Shown: one piece after another, positions 30,140-40,324 of the stretch
Numbering within the stretch: position 1 is the stretch's first letter
Layout: each line of letters starts with the position of its first letter
Assembly: GCA_030599585.1 (NCBI GenBank)
Contig: JAUVNS010000004.1
Coordinates: forward strand, 64,001-128,000
DNA: 64,000 nucleotides
Direction of reading: 5' to 3'
From: Promethearchaeota archaeon
GTDB taxonomy: Archaea > Asgardarchaeota > Lokiarchaeia > Sigyniarchaeales > SOKP01
Notes under the pieces: generated by a model
What the model saw: only the letters and a program-made list of their open reading frames with translations
Database searches by the model: none
Told to the model about the DNA's origin: nothing
Translations under genes and position numbers: made by a program

Positions 30140-30174
30140 AATTTCTTCATTTTTCATTGTAATTTACAATAGAG

Positions 30175-30939
30175 GTGATTTATATTTTAATAGATGTTCA
30201 TTGTCATGCTAATCTTTTCTTAACAATAGATAAAGTTATTGAAGACGCTAAAAAAGTTGGTGTTGAGAAAATTATTGCTGTAGCAATGAGTTCCATAAGC
30301 CAAGAGAGAGTTTTAGGATTAGCCAGTCAATATAATGAGGTTTTTGCCTCATTAGGAATCCATCCTGAAGAAGTCAAAATGAACGAGAAAATAGAACAAC
30401 AATTAGATTCAATAATTGACTTAATTAAACAAAATAAACAAAATATATGTGCGATTGGTGAGATTGGTCTAGATCATCACTTCGTTAAAGATAAAGAGCT
30501 ATATCCTCTTCAAGAGACTATTTTTAACAAAATGCTATTGCTTGCTCAAGATTTGGAACTCCCAGTTAATCTCCACACAAAAGGTGCTGAAAAGATAGTT
30601 TTTGATACCTTACTCTCTTATAAAATCCCCAATGTCAATATTCATTGGTATTCAGGACCCGAGAATTTTTTAAAACTTGGCATGGATAGAGGATATTATT
30701 TCTCAATTACACCAGCAATTAGTTATTCACCAGTCGTGAAGAAAGTCGTTTTAAATGTTGATAAAGAACATCTTCTTTTGGAAAGCGATGGTCCAGTAAA
30801 ATATTCCGGAAAAATTGGTGTTCCGGCAATGGTTAAAAATGTATTAAATTCTATTTCAATGCTAAAAGAAATTAATGCAGTTGAATTAGAAAAACAAATT
30901 GAAGAAAATACGAGAAAGATTTTTCCTAAAATTTTCTAA
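30175..30939 (+). CDS. tatD: TatD-family nuclease (true start probably ATT 30184)
   Basis: LIDVHCH, GIHP, AIGEIGLD, LHT, IHWY, LLESDGP. The annotated GTG lies inside the GAGGTGA SD motif. Confidence 0.92.
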   Translation: MIYILIDVHCHANLFLTIDKVIEDAKKVGVEKIIAVAMSSISQERVLGLASQYNEVFASLGIHPEEVKMNEKIEQQLDSIIDLIKQNKQNICAIGEIGLDHHFVKDKELYPLQETIFNKMLLLAQDLELPVNLHTKGAEKIVFDTLLSYKIPNVNIHWYSGPENFLKLGMDRGYYFSITPAISYSPVVKKVVLNVDKEHLLLESDGPVKYSGKIGVPAMVKNVLNSISMLKEINAVELEKQIEENTRKIFPKIF

Positions 30940-31049
30940 ATTTAACACTTATATTTGCGTTGTTATTGATTTAAATAACGATTAATTAGACTTTTATAAC
31001 AAAGAATCATTATTCAGATCAATATATAATAAAAAAAGAAGTGAAATGG

Positions 31050-33398
31050 ATGAGTAAAAAAGGTGCAAGAATAAAAATCGATGAATATAAAGGACCTTTT
31101 GGTTCAATTAAAGGCTTTGAATTAACTACTGGGAATATTAGCTTAGGAGACGAAACAGAATGGGAACCAATGGGACCAACCCCAAAACCTCATATTCCCA
31201 CGTTGCGAGACTGGTTCTTTAAACTCATGGATAGATATCCTCCATACTACATGCCTATTTGCGACATGTGTTGTCTTTGTACGTATGGGAAGTGTAATCT
31301 TTCGAAGGGTAGAACGGGTGCTTGCGGAATTAACATGGAAACGCAACAAGCAAGGATAGTAGAAATTGCTTGTTGTATAGGTGCTTCATGTCATTCTGCA
31401 CACGGAGATCACTTACTTCACTGGCTTAAAGAGAAATACGGTAATATTCCAATAAATTTTGGTAATAATATTGCTGTAGAAATGCCACATACCCGACTTG
31501 TTGTAGGAATGAAGCCAGAAACCCTTGAAGATTTAGAAACGGCAATGGAATGGGTTCAATATACAATCACTCATTTACTAGCCTCAGGGCACACAGGACA
31601 AGAATCGTCTTATCTAGATTACGAGGCAAAAAGTTTCCTAGCAGGATTAGCAGATTCAGTAGGGATGGAGATATCAGACGCCGTTCAAATTGCTGCGTAT
31701 GGATTTCCTGCGGGAGAAGCAGACGTACCTATAGTTGAATTAGGTATGGGGACCATGGACACCGAAAATAAAGCAACGATATTAATGATAGGACATAATG
31801 TTGCGCCTGGAATAGAATTAGTAGATTACATCAGAGAAAAAGGAATTGAAGAAAAACTTGATATTGGAGCGATTTGTTGTACTGCTCACGATTTAACCAG
31901 GTATTATGCTGGAGCCAAAGTCATTGGATCAATGTCTAGACAAATGCACTTTATCCGCTCTGGTTTGGCAGATGTAATCATGGTCGATGAACAGTGTGTC
32001 AATCTTCGAAGTTTTGAGCAAGCCCAACTAGTAGGAGCACCATTTATTGCTACTAACGAAAAAAATATGGGGGGCTTACCAAATAGAACAAACGATCCTG
32101 CCGAAGAAATAATAGACGATTTAGTGAGTGGTAAATTTCCGGGTGTCCTTATCTTAGACCCGATTAAAGCCGGCGTAGTTGCTGCTGAAACGGCAATAAA
32201 AGTCCGCCCAATTAGAAATTCTCGAAGCGCTGTTCCCGATGAGGAAGGTTGCATCCAAATGGCCTACAACTGCAATGGATGCGGTAATTGTCAGCGTAAT
32301 TGCCCTAACGATTTACCCATTGTTGAAGGAGTTCGATTAGCGAAAGATGGTGATTTTTCATTATTAGAGAGCGTTTTTGACGATTGTTTAGATTGTGGGC
32401 GCTGTGAAGCCGATTGTATGAAAGATGTATCTCCACTAACGCTTATAATGCATGCGGGAAGAGATAAAATCAGAAATGAGAGGTTTAATGTTCGAGTAGG
32501 ACGAGGACCTATACAAGACACAGAGATTCGAAATGTTGGAGCTCCGATCGTATTAGGAGAAATACCAGGGATAATTGCGATTATTGGATGTGCAAGTTAT
32601 GGAAAAGATATACAAGAACTATATAAACTCGCTGAAGAATTCTGCATAAGAAATTACATTGTAGTAGTTTCCGGTTGTGGGGCTATGGATATCGGTTTAG
32701 TAAAGGATGAAGATGGAAATACACTTTATGATAGATTTCCTGGGGACTTTGATAGAGGATGTCTGGTTAATGTTGGTTCTTGCGTTTCAAATCCACACAT
32801 TACTGGTGCTGCGATGAAAGTAGCAAATATTTTTGCAAGACGTCCGTTACGAGGAAACTTCGAAGAAATTGCCGATTACATCTTACATAGAGTTGGAGCT
32901 GTTGGCGTTGCGTGGGGTGCTATGTCTCAAAAAGCTGCCAGCATAGCCAGTATGGCAAATGGATTGGGTGTTCCAGCCGTAGTGGGTCCACATGCAGCAG
33001 AATATCGACGGGCATATGTTGGTCGATCTGACAACGAAGATTCGTGGAAAGTATATAACGCAAGAGACGGAACTGCTGACCATGTAGTTGGACCAGGACC
33101 TGAACATTTATTAGTTACTGCTGAATCTATTGAACAAGCTATATGTTTAGTTGCAAAATTGTGTTTAAGACCTGCTGATAACTCAAAGGGTAGGATGATT
33201 AAGTTATCTCATTGGATGGATTTAGAACGAAAATATAAGGGAGTCGATTTTCCAAACGATTTAGAAAAATTCATTCGGGTAGAAGCGGATATTCCTATTA
33301 ACATGAAAGACGAAATCGTAGCATTTTTAAAAGAAAAAGGTTGGAAACCAAAGGAAATTATAGATCCAACTTTGCTCAAAAGAATGTGTCATACATAA
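31050..33398 (+). CDS. cdhA: CO dehydrogenase/acetyl-CoA synthase complex subunit alpha
   Basis: PMGPTP, CDMCCLCTYGKC, GAICCTAHD, DEQC, two extra 4Fe-4S motifs (CNGCGNC..CP, CLDCGRC), GRGPIQDTEIR, GSCVSN, QKA, LRPADNSKGRMIKL. Confidence 0.95.
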   Translation: MSKKGARIKIDEYKGPFGSIKGFELTTGNISLGDETEWEPMGPTPKPHIPTLRDWFFKLMDRYPPYYMPICDMCCLCTYGKCNLSKGRTGACGINMETQQARIVEIACCIGASCHSAHGDHLLHWLKEKYGNIPINFGNNIAVEMPHTRLVVGMKPETLEDLETAMEWVQYTITHLLASGHTGQESSYLDYEAKSFLAGLADSVGMEISDAVQIAAYGFPAGEADVPIVELGMGTMDTENKATILMIGHNVAPGIELVDYIREKGIEEKLDIGAICCTAHDLTRYYAGAKVIGSMSRQMHFIRSGLADVIMVDEQCVNLRSFEQAQLVGAPFIATNEKNMGGLPNRTNDPAEEIIDDLVSGKFPGVLILDPIKAGVVAAETAIKVRPIRNSRSAVPDEEGCIQMAYNCNGCGNCQRNCPNDLPIVEGVRLAKDGDFSLLESVFDDCLDCGRCEADCMKDVSPLTLIMHAGRDKIRNERFNVRVGRGPIQDTEIRNVGAPIVLGEIPGIIAIIGCASYGKDIQELYKLAEEFCIRNYIVVVSGCGAMDIGLVKDEDGNTLYDRFPGDFDRGCLVNVGSCVSNPHITGAAMKVANIFARRPLRGNFEEIADYILHRVGAVGVAWGAMSQKAASIASMANGLGVPAVVGPHAAEYRRAYVGRSDNEDSWKVYNARDGTADHVVGPGPEHLLVTAESIEQAICLVAKLCLRPADNSKGRMIKLSHWMDLERKYKGVDFPNDLEKFIRVEADIPINMKDEIVAFLKEKGWKPKEIIDPTLLKRMCHT

Positions 33399-33422
33399 AG
33401 AATTTTCTTTATTTTTTTATTT

Positions 33423-34424
33423 TTATTCCAATAACTCAATTACATCCTCAGGAAATTCTTCTCCTCTATTTTTCATTCTGATAAACATATCCTTAACATC
33501 AGATATCGTATTACCGTAAATATGCAAAGAATTACTAAAATCGACATAATGTCCCATCTCTAATCCAAGTTGATCGGCGACATACTTCTGAATTCGAATC
33601 ATTCCATTTACATTTGCTTCCCATGCTCTAAACAAATCTCTACTCCTCCAGGTTGTTTGCATGATTAATTTGTTGTCTTTTACTCGCATATAAATCCTCT
33701 GAAGACAAGGAGGATCAGTGTGAAAGGGATCGACAAGCGGTCGCCAAGTTATTGCTTGAGCTCTGCGTGAATATGGTTTTTCTTTTAACTTTCTAATTAT
33801 GTATTCAATTTGATCTATTTTTGGGAAATTAATTACTTCGATGGGTATTTTTTGAATTCCTACTTGGTCTGATATATTTTTTTTTAAATCGAAATCAACT
33901 AAATGCTTTAATTTCCAGCTAACAGAATCATCAGAAATTTGAACTTTGCCTGCTTTCAATAGTTTTTTGTGCTTCTTTACGAAATTATTATCAACGAATT
34001 CTAAATCGTAATTTACTTTGATAGAATCCTCCAGTGAATAAGGTGTATACTTAAATATTCTATCGTGGTATGAATATGGAAAGCTCGCTTCTGACTCCCA
34101 TAAATAATGATCGTTTGCGCCCTCCATAATTTCTTCAATGTAACCACTTTGAATGGATCCTATCAAGTAAGTGTCTGCCATACAACCAAAAACTTCGAAT
34201 GAATTTCCATATTTTGATTTGATTTTCACTACTTTATCTTTCCGAGAAATAGGATTACTCATAGGGTTTTCTATTTCTATTAATACCGTCGCATCTTTGG
34301 AGGGAGGATCTTCGTTTTTATCATATTCAGTTCTAATGTCATCTCCACAGTATAAAACTTGAGCTACGGCTGAAAGCCATGCGTCCCGAACTGTTTTTTT
34401 AGAAATAAAAATTACTTGAGCCAT
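33423..34424 (-). CDS. thyA: Thymidylate synthase, archaeal ThyA type
   Basis: YSYHDRI, SRRAQAITW, PPCLQ, RSRD..AWEAN, SLHIY. Confidence 0.85.
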   Translation of the reverse strand: MAQVIFISKKTVRDAWLSAVAQVLYCGDDIRTEYDKNEDPPSKDATVLIEIENPMSNPISRKDKVVKIKSKYGNSFEVFGCMADTYLIGSIQSGYIEEIMEGANDHYLWESEASFPYSYHDRIFKYTPYSLEDSIKVNYDLEFVDNNFVKKHKKLLKAGKVQISDDSVSWKLKHLVDFDLKKNISDQVGIQKIPIEVINFPKIDQIEYIIRKLKEKPYSRRAQAITWRPLVDPFHTDPPCLQRIYMRVKDNKLIMQTTWRSRDLFRAWEANVNGMIRIQKYVADQLGLEMGHYVDFSNSLHIYGNTISDVKDMFIRMKNRGEEFPEDVIELLE

Positions 34425-34676
34425 ATTCTAAAACCTTAAAAGATTCATTAAAAATTTTATTTTTATTCTATTAGAATCTAATTGTTAAAACCTTAACAAG
34501 GTTGATTTTAATACATTATGTAAACCCATTATTCACCCCCAATTAAATTGAAGGGTGTTAATTGAGTGTATCTAATTAGATATTCAATTTTTTATATATA
34601 ATTACCAACAATATTTAATATTGGTAATTTCTTAGTCTTAATAGTAGTTCTTGAAAATACTAGTAGTTGATATAAA

Positions 34677-34970
34677 GTGATATCCATAAAGTTTAGGTTT
34701 GAACCGCCTTTTAACGAAATTACGAAAGGAACAAATCAAATCATTAAATTCGACCAGGAATTAACAGTAATGGAATTGTTATCATTTTTTAAAGAGCATT
34801 TTGGTGAAAAATTCTATGAATTACTCTGGGATAAAAAAAAGAAGAATATATTTAGTTCTTTCCTATCAATAATCATTAATGGTAGAAGTTTTAGGGATGA
34901 GCATTTTCTAGAGAAGACTTTAAAAGATGGAGACGACATTGCTTTTTTATATCTTTATTTTGGGGGATAA
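34677..34970 (+). CDS. MoaD/ThiS/SAMP-Urm1-like ubiquitin-fold protein
   Basis: IIINGR..LKDGDDIAFL and a C-terminal GG. Confidence 0.88.
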   Translation: MISIKFRFEPPFNEITKGTNQIIKFDQELTVMELLSFFKEHFGEKFYELLWDKKKKNIFSSFLSIIINGRSFRDEHFLEKTLKDGDDIAFLYLYFGG

Positions 34971-34983
34971 TCTTTAGAATAAA

Positions 34984-36015
34984 TTATAATAATAAGATTA
35001 ACCACATACCAAAACCAGTTAAAATCGGATTTAATATATTGTCCGAAATATGGTTTGCAAAGAAATCAACTAATAAGAATAAGATTGTTGATACTGTAGC
35101 CATAAGTAAGATTTTTACAAAACTCACAGGCATCCAAATGTGATATAGGTTCATTATTAATAAAACAATTAAAAATGAAGACACACCACCAGTTATAAAT
35201 CCCTCAATAGTTTTATTGGAATTTTTTTTTAGGCTATGAGATCCATATTTTTTACCTATTAGGCAGGCGGCGGCATCCGCCCCAGTAGTTATTAACGCTA
35301 CTGACGCTAGAATCGGAAATGGGGCAAAAATGAAGGGTATTAATGATAAAACCAGAGGTGTGGACGCTACAAAAGTATTGAGCTCCTCAGGTCTTATCGA
35401 TAAAAACCAGCGCTTAGCCCAATTTGGAAGCATATAGAATTTATTTAGACGGGTAAGATCAGCAACCTGAAACATTATAACAAACCCAAATCCAATAGTA
35501 AGTATTAACCAATGGGAAAAACTATAATTGTCTAAATTTAATTGACTTAAAATGCCTAAATTTTCAAGAATGGTTCCCAACGACCAAAAAAAAAGAATAA
35601 TAAATGTAGTAAATAAATGTAGAAATTTCCTCCCGAATTCGCTCTTAAAATCGTCAACCCATCTATCAGTCACTTTCACACGATAATTGTTATAATCCCT
35701 TTCTGCCATAATTTCAGGGTTTTTTTTAGAAATAATTCCATTATAAAGTAAAGTGGTAATCCATATACTCATTTCAATCAAAAAAAATAAAGAAGTTAAA
35801 AACCATAAAAAATTTAATGATTCTAATGGCAAATATGGTGAGTGATACTGAAGCATAAAAGGAAACAATAATCCTGCTGCTAAAAATAATATGGCTATCA
35901 ATATCTCGTTTAATAATAAGTGGTTCTTGATCTTCTCAGCTCTATTTTTTATTACGTAAATGAATGTTAAAACGGAGTAACCAATGAAAATCAAAGAAGT
36001 TGGCAAATAATTCAT
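34984..36015 (-). CDS. CTP-dependent polyprenol/diacylglycerol kinase family membrane protein
   Basis: EFGRKFLH, RPEE, ADAAACLIGKKYG, KTIEG, SDNILNP. Confidence 0.8.
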   Translation of the reverse strand: MNYLPTSLIFIGYSVLTFIYVIKNRAEKIKNHLLLNEILIAILFLAAGLLFPFMLQYHSPYLPLESLNFLWFLTSLFFLIEMSIWITTLLYNGIISKKNPEIMAERDYNNYRVKVTDRWVDDFKSEFGRKFLHLFTTFIILFFWSLGTILENLGILSQLNLDNYSFSHWLILTIGFGFVIMFQVADLTRLNKFYMLPNWAKRWFLSIRPEELNTFVASTPLVLSLIPFIFAPFPILASVALITTGADAAACLIGKKYGSHSLKKNSNKTIEGFITGGVSSFLIVLLIMNLYHIWMPVSFVKILLMATVSTILFLLVDFFANHISDNILNPILTGFGMWLILLL

Positions 36016-36062
36016 TTTTAATCATATAAAGTGAGTAATTTTTAAAAATCTATTATTTCTAA

Positions 36063-37169
36063 TTAAATCCACGTTAAAATAATTGTATAATAATCAAAAT
36101 TAAATAAATACCTTATAAACAAAAAGATAAGGCTGCTACCAAGCGGGATCAATAAATTATCAGATACATTGAAAGGTTTATTTGTAAGAACATCAAAAAT
36201 AAAGAAGGCAAAAGTAAAAATAAAAGCCCAATAAATACCAATAAACAACGTACATAGAATAAAACACGCAATTATTCCAGCTATTGCTCCCTGCCAAGAT
36301 TTATCGTTATTCCATTTAATTTTATTTTGTCCGTATCTTATTCCCACTTGGCTTGTTGCTAAATCAGCAAGAGAACTCATCCCTAAAATTGTTAAAAATA
36401 CCATCGGTGGCGTAATTAAAGCAGCAACCATTTGACCGATAGCAAAAAAGAGATACGTACCGTAACTTCTTTTTTCTTCCCCGCACAGTATAATATTGCA
36501 GAGAAAATTAAAGGGGAATCCAAGGCTCTTAGTTTTTCTTGTAAACTCATTTGCTAACATAATCAAACAAAACCCATAGAAAAAGAAAAATAGGAGATAA
36601 TAGAACCAACCTAACGAAAATAAAACCGTACTAATACTATTTGGTACTGTCATTATTGTTAAAAACAACAGAACCATGTTATTCTCCTCTGGAATCATCC
36701 CACTAATTGAACCTGTTAGGTCCTTCACAATAATTACTCCTAAATACCAAACTAAAAATAAACCAAGAAAAGTAAGAACATGAGGGATTTTCCGATAAGT
36801 GTCCGATCTTAATTTACTTCTCTTGTTTTGTTTTTCTTCTAATAAGCTCCAAAACTTCGATAAGTCCTTGTTTTTAAAAATTTTTTTGAATGAAAATAGC
36901 ATAAAGGATGAGATCAAGATTATCGCTCCTATTATAAGTAAAGGTAGTCCAAAAGAAAGAGTAAAAATTGGAATCGTAGTGAGATATAGCGTTGCATCTT
37001 GAAACATTAACAATACCACAATTATGATAATTAGAAAAGTTAAAAATAAAGCGCCAAACCCTAAAAAATTGTTAAGCACTTCTTTTTTATATGAAAAATG
37101 CATATAACTAAATAATACGATGAAATAAGAAATTATCATTAATAGAAACCAATAGAAAAACTCTGTCAT
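36063..37169 (-). CDS. CTP-dependent polyprenol/diacylglycerol kinase family membrane protein (paralog)
   Basis: DTYRKIPH, ADLATSQVGIRYG, KSWQG, SDNLLIP. Confidence 0.8.
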   Translation of the reverse strand: MTEFFYWFLLMIISYFIVLFSYMHFSYKKEVLNNFLGFGALFLTFLIIIIVVLLMFQDATLYLTTIPIFTLSFGLPLLIIGAIILISSFMLFSFKKIFKNKDLSKFWSLLEEKQNKRSKLRSDTYRKIPHVLTFLGLFLVWYLGVIIVKDLTGSISGMIPEENNMVLLFLTIMTVPNSISTVLFSLGWFYYLLFFFFYGFCLIMLANEFTRKTKSLGFPFNFLCNIILCGEEKRSYGTYLFFAIGQMVAALITPPMVFLTILGMSSLADLATSQVGIRYGQNKIKWNNDKSWQGAIAGIIACFILCTLFIGIYWAFIFTFAFFIFDVLTNKPFNVSDNLLIPLGSSLIFLFIRYLFNFDYYTIILTWI

Positions 37170-37253
37170 GTGTAGTTCAAACTTGATAAATTAATTTAAT
37201 ATATTAATGATTGTGGTTTCATTCTTTAAATAAACTATTTTACAATTATAATT

Positions 37254-37856
37254 ATGAAGAAAATCATATTAGCATCAAAATCTATTGATCGCTCAAAGAT
37301 ACTTAATAGGCTCAATATTTCTTTTGAAATTCTCAACACAAACATTAACGAGAGCGATTACAAAGATCAATATCCTGACCCAATCGATTTGGTAAAGGAA
37401 TTAGCCAGGGTTAAAGCATTGAAAGCAAAAGAGTTATTAAAAAGCGAAGAGATAGGAACAATTATCATAGCTGCTGATACAATCGTGGAGCTTAATGGTA
37501 AAATTATTGGAAAAGCCCAAAATGAAAAAAAAGCATTCCAAATAATAAAATCTCTGGCTAATCGCTCTCATAACCTCATAACAGGTATAGCTTTAACAAG
37601 TATAGATGATCCTAAAATTATAGTTGATTACGATATTACCGTTGTTACCTTGACGGAGTTATCTGACGATGATATCCGGAACTATATTAAAAGTGAAGAA
37701 TGGAAAGGTAGAGCTGGTGCTTATTCTATTAGGGATAGAGCTAGTTTATTTATTAAAGAAATTCGAGGGTCTCCTTCAAACGTAATAGGGTTGCCGATGC
37801 ATAAGATTTTTAAAATTCTAAAAAGTGAATTTAATTTGAATTTGTTTGAGAATTAA
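37254..37856 (+). CDS. maf: Maf-family nucleotide pyrophosphatase
   Basis: IILASKS..R, AADTIV..IIGK, GRAGAY, SNVIGLP. Confidence 0.93.
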   Translation: MKKIILASKSIDRSKILNRLNISFEILNTNINESDYKDQYPDPIDLVKELARVKALKAKELLKSEEIGTIIIAADTIVELNGKIIGKAQNEKKAFQIIKSLANRSHNLITGIALTSIDDPKIIVDYDITVVTLTELSDDDIRNYIKSEEWKGRAGAYSIRDRASLFIKEIRGSPSNVIGLPMHKIFKILKSEFNLNLFEN

Positions 37857-37888
37857 ATTTGATAATAATAATTAAGAAGCTTGAATTT

Positions 37889-38059
37889 CTATGTTTCTAA
37901 ATCTACTTTCCAAATTTTCAAATTTTCATAAAAGTTCAACATTTTTTCAAGCCTGCTAACCATTTGTTCATAGTAACCGTGATCCGCGTGTTGATTTTTA
38001 GCCAGATTTCGAGCTAAAGTTATATTATCTTTATATCTTAGTATTTTATCCTCAATCAC
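37889..38059 (-). CDS. Small hypothetical helical protein (56 aa)
   Basis: Below the track cutoff: MIEDKILRYKDNITLARNLAKNQHADHGYYEQMVSRLEKMLNFYENLKIWKVDLET; fills an otherwise empty gap. Confidence 0.55.
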   Translation of the reverse strand: MIEDKILRYKDNITLARNLAKNQHADHGYYEQMVSRLEKMLNFYENLKIWKVDLET

Positions 38060-38242
38060 ATAGTTTTTTGTAATCCTTTGGAATTAATAATAAAGAAATA
38101 TCTGGATGATACCTCTGAAATTCTGAACTTAATGAGATAAGAATTAAAATAAAATCACTTATGAAAAATGTCTTAAATGCTTTTATAGGTTAGTTTCTTA
38201 ATACAATTAACAAAACTAAATTACTTAATAAAGTGTGTAAAC

Positions 38243-38581
38243 ATGGGTAAACATCATTACAAAAACGAACAAATAATGAAATTATTGACGATACTTGGAG
38301 GACTAGTGGGAATCGCTACTATGATTCTTGGATTAGCGGGAATTGCTGATATTGGATTCGTCAATCCCCTTTTAGGATTAAATGCCGTTCTCAATTTTAT
38401 TGTCGGCATAGTTATTTCGGTTTTAACACTTTTAACTGGATTAAAACCTAATGCTCCACTTCCTTTTCACTGGTTGGTTCTTTTTATCCTGGGGATATTA
38501 CTGATTGTTTTTGGAGCGGGAATCTGGGCTTGTGTGCTAGTAATTATCGCTGCGTTAATAGGTTTAATAGAAGATTTATAA
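38243..38581 (+). CDS. Small membrane protein
   Basis: Three to four Gly-rich hydrophobic helices; T-tract downstream. Confidence 0.75.
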   Translation: MGKHHYKNEQIMKLLTILGGLVGIATMILGLAGIADIGFVNPLLGLNAVLNFIVGIVISVLTLLTGLKPNAPLPFHWLVLFILGILLIVFGAGIWACVLVIIAALIGLIEDL

Positions 38582-38629
38582 AAATATTTATAGTTAAAAA
38601 ACTATTTTTTTCTTTTTATTATTTTCAGA

Positions 38630-39508
38630 CTAAGAAGTTACATTATTAAGGAAATATGAAACGATTTCTTCCGCCAAATTAATATCAGATACTTTTTGAA
38701 GTGCAGTGAATCCTGGAATCGAGTTCACTTCTAAAACTATCAGACCTCTTTCACTTTCTACAATATCTACTCCCGCAATTTCAGTTTTTGTTATTTTAGC
38801 TGCTTTAATTGCCAAATTTTTTATCTCTTTTGTAAGCTCTATTGGCTCCATTGTTGCTCCGGAATGTATATTCGTTTTCCAATTATCACTTACTCGGTAC
38901 ATACCCGCTATAGCTTTATTGCCTAAAACTAAAACTCTAATATCTCGATTAGAATGTTCGATAAACTCTTGAAGGTAAAAAATGTGATTTAGTTGGGCTA
39001 ATGTATAGAAAATATTTTCTGCAAAACCCTTATCATTTATTCTTGTAATTCCTACTCCTTTAGAACCATATAACGGTTTAAGTACAATATCTCTACCAAG
39101 CTCTTCAAAGGAGCCTAAGGCATCATTGGGGTTTTCACATATTATTGTTTTTGGAGTAGGGATGCTATGTCGATCTAAGTAAATTGATGTTAAAAACTTA
39201 TCACTAGCTATTTCTAGTGATTCTCGAGAGTTTATTAACTTAAGACCATATTCCTCCATCGCGTTTAGTAGATCAAGTCGAAAAAAGATCTTCTGAGTAG
39301 CAGCAGCTCCAAAACCTCTTACAAGAGCGCCATATGGTTCAAGTTTTTCAAATTGTTCTTTAAATTGCTTATTATCTATTTTAACTTTTACATTCGATGG
39401 AATAAAATATTTTACTTCATATCCTCGTTTTTTAAATACTTCAGATAAGATTTGAACTTCAGGATCCCTAGGATTAGGAGTTATTATCATAGAACGCATA
39501 TCATTCAC
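38630..39508 (-). CDS. RimK-family ATP-grasp glutamate ligase (MptN/CofF-like)
   Basis: SDKFLT, VLKPLYGSKG, YLQEFI, DIRVLV, WKTNIHSG, AGVDI, EVNSIPG. Confidence 0.9.
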   Translation of the reverse strand: MNDMRSMIITPNPRDPEVQILSEVFKKRGYEVKYFIPSNVKVKIDNKQFKEQFEKLEPYGALVRGFGAAATQKIFFRLDLLNAMEEYGLKLINSRESLEIASDKFLTSIYLDRHSIPTPKTIICENPNDALGSFEELGRDIVLKPLYGSKGVGITRINDKGFAENIFYTLAQLNHIFYLQEFIEHSNRDIRVLVLGNKAIAGMYRVSDNWKTNIHSGATMEPIELTKEIKNLAIKAAKITKTEIAGVDIVESERGLIVLEVNSIPGFTALQKVSDINLAEEIVSYFLNNVTS

Positions 39509-39584
39509 TCATACGAAAATTACATAATTCAACTGACACTTAATAAATAAATTTAAGTTCTTAAATATATATATGTAGAATTAA

Positions 39585-40184
39585 ATGGATTCTAATAATA
39601 AGGAAAACGAAACGGAGAAATTAACGCGCATTCTTTCAGTCGTTCAGAATCTTTACTACAAAAAAAAAGAGCAACTGGAAGATTTAGAGCTAGAGATTTC
39701 TGATCTGCAATCAGTTATAAACCAATTAAACCCCATAGTATCAAATAAATCGTTTTCTAGCGCAGATGAATTATATTCAAAGAACCAATCTTTAGAAAAA
39801 CCCCCGATAGACGACTATTTCAAAGAAGAAATTTCAGAAGAAACATTTAAAGGGACTAACATAAAAAGAAAAATTTTCGCAAATCAAAACCAGAAAGAAG
39901 AAAATTTATTGTGCGTACTTAATCTCTACGATTTTAAAAGAGTAGAAATTAAATTCATTGATCCTGAAAATAGAGCTATTCAGGAAACATCAGAAAGGTT
40001 TATTAATGTTTTTCTTAAAGGAGCTTTAATCCGAATAAAAGAAAATAATCCTAATTTAAGTATAAGTTATCGTTTCAAGAACACTGATAAAATCGAATAT
40101 ATTACTATTTCTAATTTAAGCTCTATCGAAGATTACGATCTAATAACCGAAAAAATACGAGAATTATTAGCTCGTGAAATGTAA
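39585..40184 (+). CDS. Hypothetical protein with N-terminal coiled coil
   Basis: Heptad-like KKEQLEDLELEISDLQSVINQL. Confidence 0.7.
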   Translation: MDSNNKENETEKLTRILSVVQNLYYKKKEQLEDLELEISDLQSVINQLNPIVSNKSFSSADELYSKNQSLEKPPIDDYFKEEISEETFKGTNIKRKIFANQNQKEENLLCVLNLYDFKRVEIKFIDPENRAIQETSERFINVFLKGALIRIKENNPNLSISYRFKNTDKIEYITISNLSSIEDYDLITEKIRELLAREM

Positions 40185-40324
40185 TCAACCAGCAAACTGC
40201 GGATTAGATAAAGTTTGAATAGTATGTGTTATATAAAGATATTATATTGATTCATTAAAATACAAAGAATTAATTATACAAATTTTCATATTTTTTTTAA
40301 TTACTAATTTGGAGCGTAAAAACA

